Shown: positions 1 through 9,634 of the stretch, one piece after another
Position numbering within the stretch: the first letter of the stretch is position 1
How the letters are laid out: every line of letters starts with the position of its first letter
Virus record (IMG/VR): IMGVR_UViG_3300047474_000200
Coordinates: 1 to 33,989 of that record
Strand: one strand, 5' to 3'
From: a virus
Taxonomy: Duplodnaviria > Caudoviricetes
DNA: 33,989 bases
The notes under the pieces: generated by a model
What the model was told of the DNA's origin: nothing
What the model saw: only the letters and a program-made list of their open reading frames with translations
The model's database searches: none
Program-made: the position numbers and the translations under genes

Positions 1-1
1 T

Positions 2-2200
2 TGTTGTAAATTCTGTTATACTTTTGTTTTCAACGTTATGTGATAATGCACTAGGTAGTTCAAATCTACCTTGTTGCGTTAAATCTACATCGCTGTTTGT
101 AGTTGTTTTGATTGTAACTAAACTGTTTAATGCAGGAGTATTAGTAAACAATATTCCGTCTTTGTTAGATACCACAGTAAAGTCTGTGTCTTTTACTAGT
201 TTTCTTTGATTAACAAACACGTCTACCTGTTCGTCAATTGGTGTAGCACTTATATCAAAACGTTTTGATGTTTTGTTTGCTTCAGTAATAAAGTATTCGT
301 CTCTAACAACCTGTACTGAGAAGTTTTCTTGTACCAAATCCCATTCTGTAATATCAAAATTACCTGCTGTGATATCTGCTTTTGCAGTAAAGAATTGTTT
401 ATTATAACTTACACATTGTCCTTCTTTATAATTTCTACTTATATCGAAAGTTAGATAAAAACTAGGTACATCATTTGGCATCCAACTGTGAATGTATCTT
501 TCATTTTTATTACCGTTGAAATCATATGTTAAATCTTTTGCATAGTAGTATCCTGGGATAACACTTTTGGTTGTAGAACCTGTGGGTACATAGTTGAAAA
601 TGTCTTTAGAGATATCATTTTCAAAAAGCATATCACTGGAGTATTGTCCACTTCTTCTATCTACTGAGAAGTTTAAAATTGAATCGTTTGCATTTAAGTT
701 ATTAATTTTATAACTGAATAACTCGTTACCTTTAAATGTACTGCTAGGATACGTTGTGGTGTCGTCTAACGGCACTCCAGCATCATCGTACAGTTTGAAC
801 TTAGGTGCTAAATTAACTTTGTCTTTGAACTGTGCTTTTTTCCAAGTACCGTCCCAATAATATTCTGCACCTATATCCGCACCTTCTTGTACTAAGAATG
901 TATCGCTTAATGCTATTGTGATACTGCTGTTTGCAGTAAATGACACATTACCTGATCCTGTATCTACTATATCGTAAATAAATGCACCGGACTCATTGGC
1001 TGTAAAGATTGCTTTCTTTCCTACTGCTGTAGTTGTACCGTTAATAGGATTACCCATTGGTAATTTATCATCTATTTGATTTCTTGGTTCGTTGACTACT
1101 ACATCGACATAAGTATTAAAATCATTACCATAGTTGTATAGTTCTAAGTCTCTGTTAAATTCTATAATTGGTCTTGTTGCTCTTATGGCATTCTCTGGAA
1201 TACTTCCTACTGCTTTACCTTCAACAAATTCATAATCATAACTTGTTGAGTCATAACTTGTAGTATCCCAAGGATTAGGTACCTGTGTTGAAACAATTCT
1301 TGACTGCTGAATTGTTTGTATGTGATACCAGTAATTTAATCTACTCCAAGGGTTATGGTTTTTTGCACCTCTTTGTTGTAGTAAGTAATCTGCTTCACGT
1401 TGGTTACTAACAGCATCATATGGCTGATTATCAAAACTGTATAATGAAGGATTAATATTATCTGAATCGTATGTTAATCCTGCACCACTAAATGATCCTA
1501 TGCCGTCCCAATCTGCATCAAAGGCAATACTGTCAAATGTTGCGTATGCAGATATTTTGTCTTTTGTGTCTGGTACTAACAATCTTATATGTTGACCAAC
1601 ACCCTCGACTTGATAAGTTGTGTCCTTAAGATATGTGCTACCACTTACGTGAGTTCCAGTAAATTGCACAAAACTACCGTTAAGTAATTCTGTACCATTT
1701 GGGGCAACAAAAGTTTTAGATCCTGGAATGGCGTCTATGTTAATAGTGCTGTCTGCAGAGCCATATATTCTAACTATGTCTAAATTCTCTGGAATCCAGA
1801 AATAGTTTTGATAGTTCACAAACTTATCAATGTCTATCGGGGGACTGTAAGTAAACTGTTTTGATTTAAACAGTCTATTATGATTGTTTACAAATGCGTT
1901 GTAACTTTTTAATGAGAATAGCAAGTCTTCGTAAAATACAAAGTTACCTGGTACTCCGGATACTTGTTCGGTGCTTGTATATGTAGGCTCTAGTGTATAA
2001 AAGTTCCTACCTGTATCATTATGTTCAATGAAGTCTGCTCTCTGTGGAGAGTCTGTGCCTGGAATCTTTCTACCAATTAATCCGTCAACTATCTCTGTAT
2101 TTGCTTTTTTGAACAGTTGGTCTACTGTATTTTCAAAGAACGTTTGGTTGGTCTCTGATTGAAACTGTATAGGTAATAAATCGTAAGGTTTATTGCTCAT
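2..2200 (-). CDS. Very large baseplate/virion structural protein (gp7-position), N-terminal part only; runs off the window start
   Basis: Not in the ORF track (no stop inside the window). ATG at 2200 overlaps the gp6 stop (TAATG). Manual translation: MSNKPYDLLPIQFQSETNQTFFENTVDQLFKKANTEIVDGLIGRK...RLFKSKQFTYSPPIDIDKFVNYQNYFWIPE, resembling the N-terminus of giant baseplate proteins that follow gp6 in jumbo myoviruses. I spot-checked the frame rather than every codon. Confidence 0.8.
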   Translation of the reverse strand, partial: MSNKPYDLLPIQFQSETNQTFFENTVDQLFKKANTEIVDGLIGRKIPGTDSPQRADFIEHNDTGRNFYTLEPTYTSTEQVSGVPGNFVFYEDLLFSLKSYNAFVNNHNRLFKSKQFTYSPPIDIDKFVNYQNYFWIPENLDIVRIYGSADSTINIDAIPGSKTFVAPNGTELLNGSFVQFTGTHVSGSTYLKDTTYQVEGVGQHIRLLVPDTKDKISAYATFDSIAFDADWDGIGSFSGAGLTYDSDNINPSLYSFDNQPYDAVSNQREADYLLQQRGAKNHNPWSRLNYWYHIQTIQQSRIVSTQVPNPWDTTSYDSTSYDYEFVEGKAVGSIPENAIRATRPIIEFNRDLELYNYGNDFNTYVDVVVNEPRNQIDDKLPMGNPINGTTTAVGKKAIFTANESGAFIYDIVDTGSGNVSFTANSSITIALSDTFLVQEGADIGAEYYWDGTWKKAQFKDKVNLAPKFKLYDDAGVPLDDTTTYPSSTFKGNELFSYKINNLNANDSILNFSVDRRSGQYSSDMLFENDISKDIFNYVPTGSTTKSVIPGYYYAKDLTYDFNGNKNERYIHSWMPNDVPSFYLTFDISRNYKEGQCVSYNKQFFTAKADITAGNFDITEWDLVQENFSVQVVRDEYFITEANKTSKRFDISATPIDEQVDVFVNQRKLVKDTDFTVVSNKDGILFTNTPALNSLVTIKTTTNSDVDLTQQGRFELPSALSHNVENKSITEFTT

Positions 2201-5200
2201 TAATATCCACCACTTCCGCTACTTCCACTGCTACCACTTGATCCGCTACTGCCGCCGCTACTACTACTACTCGAACCGCCTGTGTTACTACTATTTAGAC
2301 CATCGCTACTTACGTTATAAGTACCGTGGTAATAAGTTACACCATTAGGCATATAGAACGTTTGTCCAAAGAATGTGTGCGGATGACTTGTACCGTCTCC
2401 CGCCTCTGACGCCGCGTCTGTTGTTGCGTATAAAGGATAGTATCCGTTAATTGCATACGGTCCATTATCAGCAGTTGCTCCTGCTGTTGAACCTTGTACT
2501 GCTGAACCAATTTGCTGTAAAGTTTCTTGGTTAAAGTCTGATACTATTTTAATATCACTAACTGTTGCTGTACTCATAAATATTTCGTCTGGTTCACACC
2601 TTACAACAAATAAGTCTCCAAATCTTCTGCTTGGGTCTTTAGGTACTATTACTAAACTACCTAATATATCATTTGTTTGAGTATGAACGTATGCTGTTAA
2701 TTCTGTAAAGTAAAAACTTTCACCGAAATCCCAATTTTGTATATTGAAGAATTGGTCTATTGCTTGTTTCACTCTACTCTTGATTTCGTTATCACTAATT
2801 GTAACATTTGGCAATTTGATTGCTTTAAATGTTGCTTGTAATTCTGGAAGTGCTTCTGTGCCGAATAACACTTTAAACTTTCCGCTTCTATATACTATTT
2901 GGTCTGAAATACTTTTGTAGTTTTCTAATTCACTAAAGTTTTGTGATAGTGTTTCAGAAGTTGGACCTAGTGGGAAAGTTTTACCTAACTCTGTTGAGTT
3001 TTTATATTTTAAAACTTCTGAATAATATGTTCTTGTTAAAACAAACATTTCTACAATGTTACTAATACTTGGATCTATTCTAACGTCACTGGGTGCAACG
3101 TGTTCCCATTTAAAACTAACTGGGCGGTATGTAGTATTAGTATTCTGTGTAAAGGATCTTCCGTTCTTCACAGTATAACTTTGACTGTCTGTTAATATAA
3201 CATTAGTTGAATCTGAAAATTCAATTTGTAAATCAAACAGTTTTTTAGTATCTGCTACATACACTTTCTTACCGTGTAATTTTGCTTTGTTGTTTGTTAA
3301 GTATGTTTGAGCAAAAGTTTTTGTAGGTACAAGTATTAATGCAAACTTAGTAAAGTCTGTTTGGTCTAACACATTTGATCCTGGTGCCAAGTTTTCATTT
3401 AAGAAATCTACTATAGCACTTGTTTCTGCTCTGTAATCTAATATACCAGTCTTAATAGGTCTAATAAAATCGTTACCTTGCAAGTCTTTTTGATTTTCAA
3501 AAAATACTAAATCATCTGGATCTACAAATCTACTGAATGCTAGTGGCTCATCTGGTACACCATCAAAGTCTGTATCGACTGGCAACACTTCAATTTTTCT
3601 ATAATCTATATATCCATCTGAATATGTGAATTTATCTGAGATATCAAATTTGATATTTTCGTCTAATCTTTCTCTTGTATCTGAATATTTTACTTTAAGT
3701 ACATCTTGATTACCTAAACCTAATGTTCTTTTAGAATCAAATTCATTTACTTTAATTGTTGTACTACTTGTAACATCTATAGAGCCTTGTATTTGTGCAT
3801 TTGCTCTTTGTAAACTGGTTGTGGACACATTACCTCTAAAAGTGTTTACACCTGAAAGGTCTGTAAACACATAAGCAATATTGGCGTTTGCACCACCTTG
3901 TATATTTGATGGGAACTTGCTTAATGGTATTTCTACACTATTTGGTAAGTTTGTAATTTTACCTGAATTAGGTTTAACTACTGCTTGTCCGTTTGAATTG
4001 GTTTGTCCGTTAACACTCATTTCAACTGTTACAGGACTTATAAATTCATTACCACTGTATGTATCTGAAACACTTACGTTAGCATCTCCACCCTGTAATA
4101 ATCCAAAGTTAGAAATCATTTTAATACTTAACTCATTTGCTCTCACATCTCTATTCTTGAGAACAATCTCAGGACTATTTCCTGTAGGAGTATAATAATT
4201 ATTTGTGTCTTTTAATTGCCAAGCATCACCTACGCCGTCTGCATTTGTGTCTACCCAGTAATAAGTTTCTTCTATACTTGGCTTACTGTTGTTGTCTAAA
4301 ATTTCTATAACATCTTTTTTAACATTGCCTGTTGCAGGATCAACTGTGTAGTTTTCATCTGCATCTATAAATTCTACATCTTCGTAACTTTCAAACAAAA
4401 GTTTTTTACCTCTTGTGGTCATTTTGTATGAGTAGTCATCGTCTGATGAACCTTCCTCATATTCGAATTTAGCAATCCAACAAGCACCTGTACTTAAATC
4501 TGCACTATACTCTGCATCTTTTTGTAGTATAGAGTTGTTAATTACAAAGAAATGTGTTTGCGATGCTCCTGATGGATTAGGATTATAGCCTAAACCAAAG
4601 TCTCTTTTTGCTGTTAGTTCGTCACTTACTTCTGATGTTATATTAGTAAGCAAATTAGATTGTATACTTACAACTAACTCAGTTGCTCTCCAACCATTTT
4701 CTAAACTTGTTGACATTGTGATAGGACCTTTACCTGCACTTGAACTGGTAATTAGTCCGCCGTTGTTTTGTATATCTTTGATAACTACCCATCTGTATTT
4801 TGTGCTATCCGTAGGACTTGTAAATTTAATTCTAGCATTCTCTTGTATTTGTCTAAACACATCTCCTACTTGATTGTTCTTTAATACAACTGGAGTTCCA
4901 CCAGTATCAATTGTTAAGTAACCTGTGGTACTTGTTGCTCTATTAGGCTGTGACACCCATTTGATAACTGTGTAATTTCTTGTTAAGTCAAATACTAAAC
5001 TGTTGTCTGTTAAATGTACATTTCTGTAATCTTCATATATAAAGTTGTTCAAATGACTGTTATTTAATTTGCTTGTGATAGAGGATTCAACAACCTCAGA
5101 TAAATTTGTGCTACCTTCAATATCAATTGTGTTTACGTCTTTTGCATCTTCTTTGTAAAGTAATCCATCTTCACCGTAAACAGTAACACTTTGATATTTT

Positions 5201-6615
5201 CCTGTTGGATCGTTTATATCAATAAATCTACTATGACCTGAATGTGTCCTGTTAATTGCTTTTAATTTTAAAATATTGTTGTTTACTGCATAAGGATACA
5301 CATTGTAATCTTGTGCAGATACCATTCTATCCTGTGATTGATAAACTTGTGGTGCTCTTTGCTTGATACTTTGTATGCTTTCTGCTGGAGTACCGTTTGA
5401 AACTGTATATTGTAGACTGCAGAACATTGTTAATACTTGTTGGTCACCGTTTGAATCAGTGTATGGTATATTGATTTGCTTGTCTACTGCATCTGTTGGG
5501 TTAATTGTTTGGTATGTACCTGCACTACTTCTGTGCCACATTCTGTATGTGCCTACTGGAATAGCACCAAAGTTGCCGTCTGCAAATTTAATTGTAATAT
5601 TGTCTTCAAATCCACTGTCTACTGCAAACACTCTTTTGTTGTCTAGTTTTAAATTGTTGTAGAACAATGTTTGTCCAATTAAATTAGGAACTTTAGTCCA
5701 TTGACTTAACACTTCACCTGCTGAATTAATCTCTTGTACCCAAACATCACTTTCATTAATCATCGATTGACTAACTGTAACCTGATTGTTCTTTATTGGC
5801 TTGTCAAAAATAGCATCTTGATATGCTATTGATCCTTGTTTGAACATCATAAAGAAACCTGTGTTACTGCCTGATAGTCCTCTGCCGTCATTTCTGTAAA
5901 TAATTTGGAATGGTGCATCAGGATCAGGTGCTTGTTCTTGGAATGCTTTGTTTTCGCTAAACTGTGTGCTTACCATTTCGAATGGAACACCTGTATTGCT
6001 TAAATTTAAACTAAATGGGAATGTTACATTCGTGCCTGGTACACTATTAATTTGGTATAGTTCTGAACTTATACCACCGATTGTCTCTTTAGCAACCGGT
6101 TTTGTAAACTTGTTAAATGAAGTGAAAGCCGCATTCATTACACTAATAAATTTGTCGTAACTTTCAGCCTCTGTGGCATCATCAAAATTGATACGTTCGT
6201 TAGCAATACTTCTACCAAAACTGTCTGCAACATTTTGTGTAGTCTGAATTGCTGTTACTTTCATTATACCGCTACTTGCAGTATTACGTTTAGGTGCATA
6301 GCCTAGCATCTTTGCTAAACGTAAAACACTTTCTCTACTTTCAGCAGTTGCTAGGAAGTTTTCTCTAGTGTTTAAGTCTACTCTAAATGCTAAGTTTTGA
6401 CTTAGGTATGCAAGTAATTCTATGATTGCAATAAATTCTGAACTTTCAATATAGTCGTTAAATTTCTCAGGATAGTTTTCTCTGATATATGTAATCATAG
6501 ACTGACGTATTGTGTTAAAGTCGTATGCTTTAAAATCTACGTTAGTGAATGCCTTATATGCTGTTTGCCAATCTTCTGCGGCGAATAAATTATTTTGTCT
6601 TATGTCCTGCGCCAT
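2200..6615 (-). CDS. gp6: Baseplate wedge subunit, T4 gp6-like (extended, 1471 aa)
   Basis: N-terminal DFNTIRQSMITYIRENYPEKFNDYIESSEFIAIIELLAY...ENFLATAESRESVLRLAKMLGY; ITIKFADGNFGAIP; ESIQSIKQRAPQVYQSQDRMVSAQDY; C-terminal WDFGESFYFTEL. Lies directly downstream of gp25. Confidence 0.9.
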   Translation of the reverse strand: MAQDIRQNNLFAAEDWQTAYKAFTNVDFKAYDFNTIRQSMITYIRENYPEKFNDYIESSEFIAIIELLAYLSQNLAFRVDLNTRENFLATAESRESVLRLAKMLGYAPKRNTASSGIMKVTAIQTTQNVADSFGRSIANERINFDDATEAESYDKFISVMNAAFTSFNKFTKPVAKETIGGISSELYQINSVPGTNVTFPFSLNLSNTGVPFEMVSTQFSENKAFQEQAPDPDAPFQIIYRNDGRGLSGSNTGFFMMFKQGSIAYQDAIFDKPIKNNQVTVSQSMINESDVWVQEINSAGEVLSQWTKVPNLIGQTLFYNNLKLDNKRVFAVDSGFEDNITIKFADGNFGAIPVGTYRMWHRSSAGTYQTINPTDAVDKQINIPYTDSNGDQQVLTMFCSLQYTVSNGTPAESIQSIKQRAPQVYQSQDRMVSAQDYNVYPYAVNNNILKLKAINRTHSGHSRFIDINDPTGKYQSVTVYGEDGLLYKEDAKDVNTIDIEGSTNLSEVVESSITSKLNNSHLNNFIYEDYRNVHLTDNSLVFDLTRNYTVIKWVSQPNRATSTTGYLTIDTGGTPVVLKNNQVGDVFRQIQENARIKFTSPTDSTKYRWVVIKDIQNNGGLITSSSAGKGPITMSTSLENGWRATELVVSIQSNLLTNITSEVSDELTAKRDFGLGYNPNPSGASQTHFFVINNSILQKDAEYSADLSTGACWIAKFEYEEGSSDDDYSYKMTTRGKKLLFESYEDVEFIDADENYTVDPATGNVKKDVIEILDNNSKPSIEETYYWVDTNADGVGDAWQLKDTNNYYTPTGNSPEIVLKNRDVRANELSIKMISNFGLLQGGDANVSVSDTYSGNEFISPVTVEMSVNGQTNSNGQAVVKPNSGKITNLPNSVEIPLSKFPSNIQGGANANIAYVFTDLSGVNTFRGNVSTTSLQRANAQIQGSIDVTSSTTIKVNEFDSKRTLGLGNQDVLKVKYSDTRERLDENIKFDISDKFTYSDGYIDYRKIEVLPVDTDFDGVPDEPLAFSRFVDPDDLVFFENQKDLQGNDFIRPIKTGILDYRAETSAIVDFLNENLAPGSNVLDQTDFTKFALILVPTKTFAQTYLTNNKAKLHGKKVYVADTKKLFDLQIEFSDSTNVILTDSQSYTVKNGRSFTQNTNTTYRPVSFKWEHVAPSDVRIDPSISNIVEMFVLTRTYYSEVLKYKNSTELGKTFPLGPTSETLSQNFSELENYKSISDQIVYRSGKFKVLFGTEALPELQATFKAIKLPNVTISDNEIKSRVKQAIDQFFNIQNWDFGESFYFTELTAYVHTQTNDILGSLVIVPKDPSRRFGDLFVVRCEPDEIFMSTATVSDIKIVSDFNQETLQQIGSAVQGSTAGATADNGPYAINGYYPLYATTDAASEAGDGTSHPHTFFGQTFYMPNGVTYYHGTYNVSSDGLNSSNTGGSSSSSSGGSSGSSGSSGSSGSGGY

Positions 6616-6622
6616 ACTCTAC

Positions 6623-7036
6623 CTAATACGTTGTTGTGCCTTGAGCGGATTCAACTCCACTGCTACTTAAAGATATGCCTGTAGTTGATTCAAATTCTGC
6701 TACAAGTATATCCTCAGTAAGGTCTGGTTTATACTCTAAATGGATTTCACATCTCAAAGTGTTGTCCATTGCTGACACATTCAAGTTAAGTAAGTTTACT
6801 CTAGGATCTTGATTTACAATATCTGTTACGTCGTCTTTAACAAAACCAATAGTTGCTTCTGTTAAAGGCTCCATTAATAAGTCAGGTATAATACTACCAA
6901 ATTCTGGTAGCATAACTCTCTCGCCTTTTGATGTTTTTAGTTGATTAAGAATGTCTTGTTTGACTAATTCTAAATCCTCTAAGTTAAAGGGAGGTCCATT
7001 CCTATTTACTGTACTAAAACCTTTAAATGTTGCCAT
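6623..7036 (-). CDS. gp25: Baseplate wedge / sheath-initiator protein, gp25-like
   Basis: LVKQDILNQLKTSKGERVMLPEFGSIIPDLLMEPL...DPRV is the GPW_gp25 family pattern; 137 aa. Confidence 0.93.
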   Translation of the reverse strand: MATFKGFSTVNRNGPPFNLEDLELVKQDILNQLKTSKGERVMLPEFGSIIPDLLMEPLTEATIGFVKDDVTDIVNQDPRVNLLNLNVSAMDNTLRCEIHLEYKPDLTEDILVAEFESTTGISLSSSGVESAQGTTTY

Positions 7037-7041
7037 ACTGA

Positions 7042-7071
7042 TATTTATCTAAATTATTAAAACGTGTTTTA
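7042..7071 (-). promoter_or_regulatory. Putative late promoter GATAAATA (7049-7042) with upstream palindrome TAAAAC-GT-GTTTTA (7058-7071)
   Basis: Octamer resembles the T4 late -10 element TATAAATA and sits just before the gp25 ATG; the same arrangement recurs at 17018-17047. Confidence 0.7.
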
Positions 7072-7116
7072 ATATGCACATTTTTCCTGTATAAAAAACT
7101 CAAAATTTTAGTCTTA

Positions 7117-7124
7117 GATAAGTA
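7117..7124 (+). promoter_or_regulatory. Possible late-promoter variant GATAAGTA
   Basis: One mismatch to GATAAATA, 5 nt before the ATG at 7130. Confidence 0.4.
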
Positions 7125-7129
7125 CAAGT

Positions 7130-7687
7130 ATGAACACACTATTAGTAGTTGCATTAAAGTCCGAATTAGAGGACATCAAATACAAACACACATTATATAC
7201 AGGCATAGGCAAAGTAAATGCCGCCTGGAAACTAACAAAATACCTGTGTGATAATCCAGACATAGAGAATGTGGTAAACTATGGAAGTGCCGGAGGCATC
7301 AATCCAGACTTTAGAGGCTTACTTAAATGTACAAAGTTCTTGCAAGGCGATATCGACTGTAGACCTTTAGGCGTTCCTTTAGGGCATACACCTTATGAAG
7401 AAATTCAGCAGTTTGATTTCAACCAAGATTTTACTGACGGTAAGACCTGTATGACATTTGACCAGTTCCAATTAACAAAACCTGCTATAGAAGTAGACTG
7501 TGTTGATATGGAGGCATACGCATTAGCAAAAGTATGCCACAATATGGACAAACAGTTCACATCATACAAGTGGATTAGTGATATTGTAGGTGGTAGTGAC
7601 CAGTCTACTCAATGGAAGGAGAACTTTAATACAGGACAAGATATATTTAAAACTATTTTCAAAGCAGATTATGGGATTGAACTTTAA
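7130..7687 (+). CDS. MTA/SAH nucleosidase-like protein (PNP_UDP_1 nucleoside phosphorylase superfamily)
   Basis: Motifs LLVVALKSE, YTGIGKVNAA, VVNYGSAGG, VDMEAYALAKVC and KWISD match the MtnN/Pfs pattern. Confidence 0.85.
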   Translation: MNTLLVVALKSELEDIKYKHTLYTGIGKVNAAWKLTKYLCDNPDIENVVNYGSAGGINPDFRGLLKCTKFLQGDIDCRPLGVPLGHTPYEEIQQFDFNQDFTDGKTCMTFDQFQLTKPAIEVDCVDMEAYALAKVCHNMDKQFTSYKWISDIVGGSDQSTQWKENFNTGQDIFKTIFKADYGIEL

Positions 7688-8462
7688 TAAAGTTTGGGGT
7701 TTTGGATGCAGTTTTATGTATGGCACAACTATAGAGCCTGGCGATCCTGAATGGGTTAGAGACACAATAGGTTGGGGAGGCATAATAGGTGAAGAACTTG
7801 ACCGCCCATCAGAAAGTTGTGCTGTAAGTGGTTTTGGCAATCAAGACATAGTAAATCATTTTTTTAAAATACTTCCAGATATCAAAAAAGACGACTTAGT
7901 TATAATAAGTTGGAGTAATCCTCATAGATTTTATTATGCAGATCCTAATTGGACAATGGGTTCTATTAATGCACTGAGTAATTTTGATGATATACAATTG
8001 CCAGGCAGATTAAAACATATGCTATTTGCACAAAGAGAAATTTCATTGTTGTATGAAGAGGATATTGTGAGACAACAATTGGATCATATTATATTGATTC
8101 AGGAAGTTTGTAAGAGTAGAGGCATAAAAATATGTCAAAACAATGCTTTAGTAGATGTTACAAAAGATATAGATATGGATAATGCTGATGACCACATTAT
8201 AAGCAGACAATTATCCGTTGACAGAGAAAATTTCTGGTGCTATAATCAAACTACATTAACAAACTTATTGGGACTTTCAGGTAACAACGACCCACTAGGT
8301 GGTTATATTAAAAATAACTTATTGCACGAGCAAAAAAAGAAAGGATATGAAGGCTTATGGTCTGAGCCTGATTCTTGGCATCATCCAAGTGCAAAAGGAC
8401 ATAGGTACATAGCAAAAACATTAGGCGAATGGATTAAAAATAATGATAATTTTAAACATTGA
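7671..8462 (+). CDS. SGNH/GDSL hydrolase-like protein
   Basis: GFGCSFMYG (block I), AVSGFGN (block II), VIISWS, DSWHHPSAKGH (block V). Start placed at ATG 7671 instead of the track's 7590, to shorten the overlap with the previous gene. Confidence 0.7.
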   Translation: MGLNFNKVWGFGCSFMYGTTIEPGDPEWVRDTIGWGGIIGEELDRPSESCAVSGFGNQDIVNHFFKILPDIKKDDLVIISWSNPHRFYYADPNWTMGSINALSNFDDIQLPGRLKHMLFAQREISLLYEEDIVRQQLDHIILIQEVCKSRGIKICQNNALVDVTKDIDMDNADDHIISRQLSVDRENFWCYNQTTLTNLLGLSGNNDPLGGYIKNNLLHEQKKKGYEGLWSEPDSWHHPSAKGHRYIAKTLGEWIKNNDNFKH

Positions 8463-8850
8463 GGGCAGGGTAAAAGAGAAGAAAAGACTGACTCAGTTTG
8501 CTGATGATGTAATACACCACTTGATGCCTCGTATTAGACGTGATGTCACAGTGGATATAAATGTAGTTACACATTGCGATGGTGGTCACTTAGGGTTATG
8601 TTGGGGTGATAAAAAGATTGCAGAAATAGAAATATGCAGGAAACACGGTAAACGTCAACTCCCTGCACACGAAATAGCACTTAACCTAGCACACGAATTA
8701 GTACACGCCAAACAATTTATAAGGGGAGATTTACACCCTAGCACAGAAACGTGGTGCAGACAAGACCACTCACAAACTCCATACAGAAAGAAACCTTGGG
8801 AAGTAGAAGCATACGACTTAGAAGAAGAATTATTAGAAATGTTTTGGTAA
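8443..8850 (+). CDS. Putative zinc metallopeptidase (HExxH)
   Basis: LAHELVHAKQ followed by PWEVEAY (third-ligand Glu), a common small phage zincin pattern. Confidence 0.8.
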   Translation: MIILNIEGRVKEKKRLTQFADDVIHHLMPRIRRDVTVDINVVTHCDGGHLGLCWGDKKIAEIEICRKHGKRQLPAHEIALNLAHELVHAKQFIRGDLHPSTETWCRQDHSQTPYRKKPWEVEAYDLEEELLEMFW

Positions 8851-8854
8851 GGGG

Positions 8855-8883
8855 TTGACAAGCACCACTAAAAACGTTATAAT
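8855..8883 (+). promoter_or_regulatory. Consensus sigma70-type (early) promoter
   Basis: TTGACA (8855-8860), 17-nt spacer, TATAAT (8878-8883); AGGAG RBS at 8906-8910 before ATG 8917. Confidence 0.88.
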
Positions 8884-8916
8884 AGTTGTATAATTTAAAA
8901 AAGGTAGGAGTTTTTT

Positions 8917-9444
8917 ATGTATTACGAAATTTATCAAATCAAAATCAACAAAGAAGTTAGAGACTATGTCAATAGTAATGACAGAGGTCATACTGGCGGC
9001 GAAGAAAAGTTTCCAATTTACGAGGCTTATATGAGAAACTGTATGAGTTCTAGAAAAGAAAGTTTTCAGCCTGAGGACTTTGCACATTACACAAAGGTTT
9101 GTAATGTTATGGAAAATGGTGGTTTGGTACAAGGCGAAGATGAGTACCTTGTAAATAACCTAGAAGAAGTATTCAAAGTTCTTAACGGATACTACTATGA
9201 TGAAGAAACTGCGGAAGATATTGTGTTTGATAGTCACGTGAATGATTACAAAATGAAAACAATTACTCGTAATGATGGCGAAGTGGTAACATTCAGAGAT
9301 ATGCACTCGCTTTCAGTAGGCGACATAGTTGCTGAAAAAACTGTAGACGGTACTAGATATCATCAAGTTGCTGGTATGGGTTATGTAGAAGTATTCCCTG
9401 CAGAAAGCACATTATTGTATAAGGATATCAAACAGGCATCATAA
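8917..9444 (+). CDS. YodL-like domain protein
   Basis: LEEVFKVLN...MHSLSVGDIV resembles the YodL-family signature; strong promoter and RBS. Confidence 0.65.
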   Translation: MYYEIYQIKINKEVRDYVNSNDRGHTGGEEKFPIYEAYMRNCMSSRKESFQPEDFAHYTKVCNVMENGGLVQGEDEYLVNNLEEVFKVLNGYYYDEETAEDIVFDSHVNDYKMKTITRNDGEVVTFRDMHSLSVGDIVAEKTVDGTRYHQVAGMGYVEVFPAESTLLYKDIKQAS

Positions 9445-9465
9445 TGCCACATTTACTGTACCTTT

Positions 9466-9621
9466 ATGCAATATAAAATTAAATATATTGACAAGTTCTC
9501 AATTAAAGGAAACAATGCAAATTGGATTACTGATAAGAGAATTTATAAGGGGCAAGAAGCACACCAAAGAACAGATGAACTTCTTGCATTAGGCTACTTA
9601 GTAGAAATGACTAAAATCTAA
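9466..9621 (+). CDS. Small hypothetical protein (51 aa)
   Basis: Below the track cut-off; MQYKIKYIDKFSIKGNNANWITDKRIYKGQEAHQRTDELLALGYLVEMTKI fills the gap between two co-oriented genes. No clear RBS. Confidence 0.55.
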   Translation: MQYKIKYIDKFSIKGNNANWITDKRIYKGQEAHQRTDELLALGYLVEMTKI

Positions 9622-9634
9622 AAGGAGAAACCTT

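Noticed and set aside
7562-9132. Minus-strand ORFs 7562-7840, 8655-8861, 8833-9132
   Set aside because: Opposite to motif-bearing plus-strand genes; one crosses a consensus promoter.
9444-9476. TAATG-coupled 10-codon ORF MPHLLYLYAI
   Set aside because: Too short to support; the overlapping 51-aa ORF from 9466 fills the gap better.
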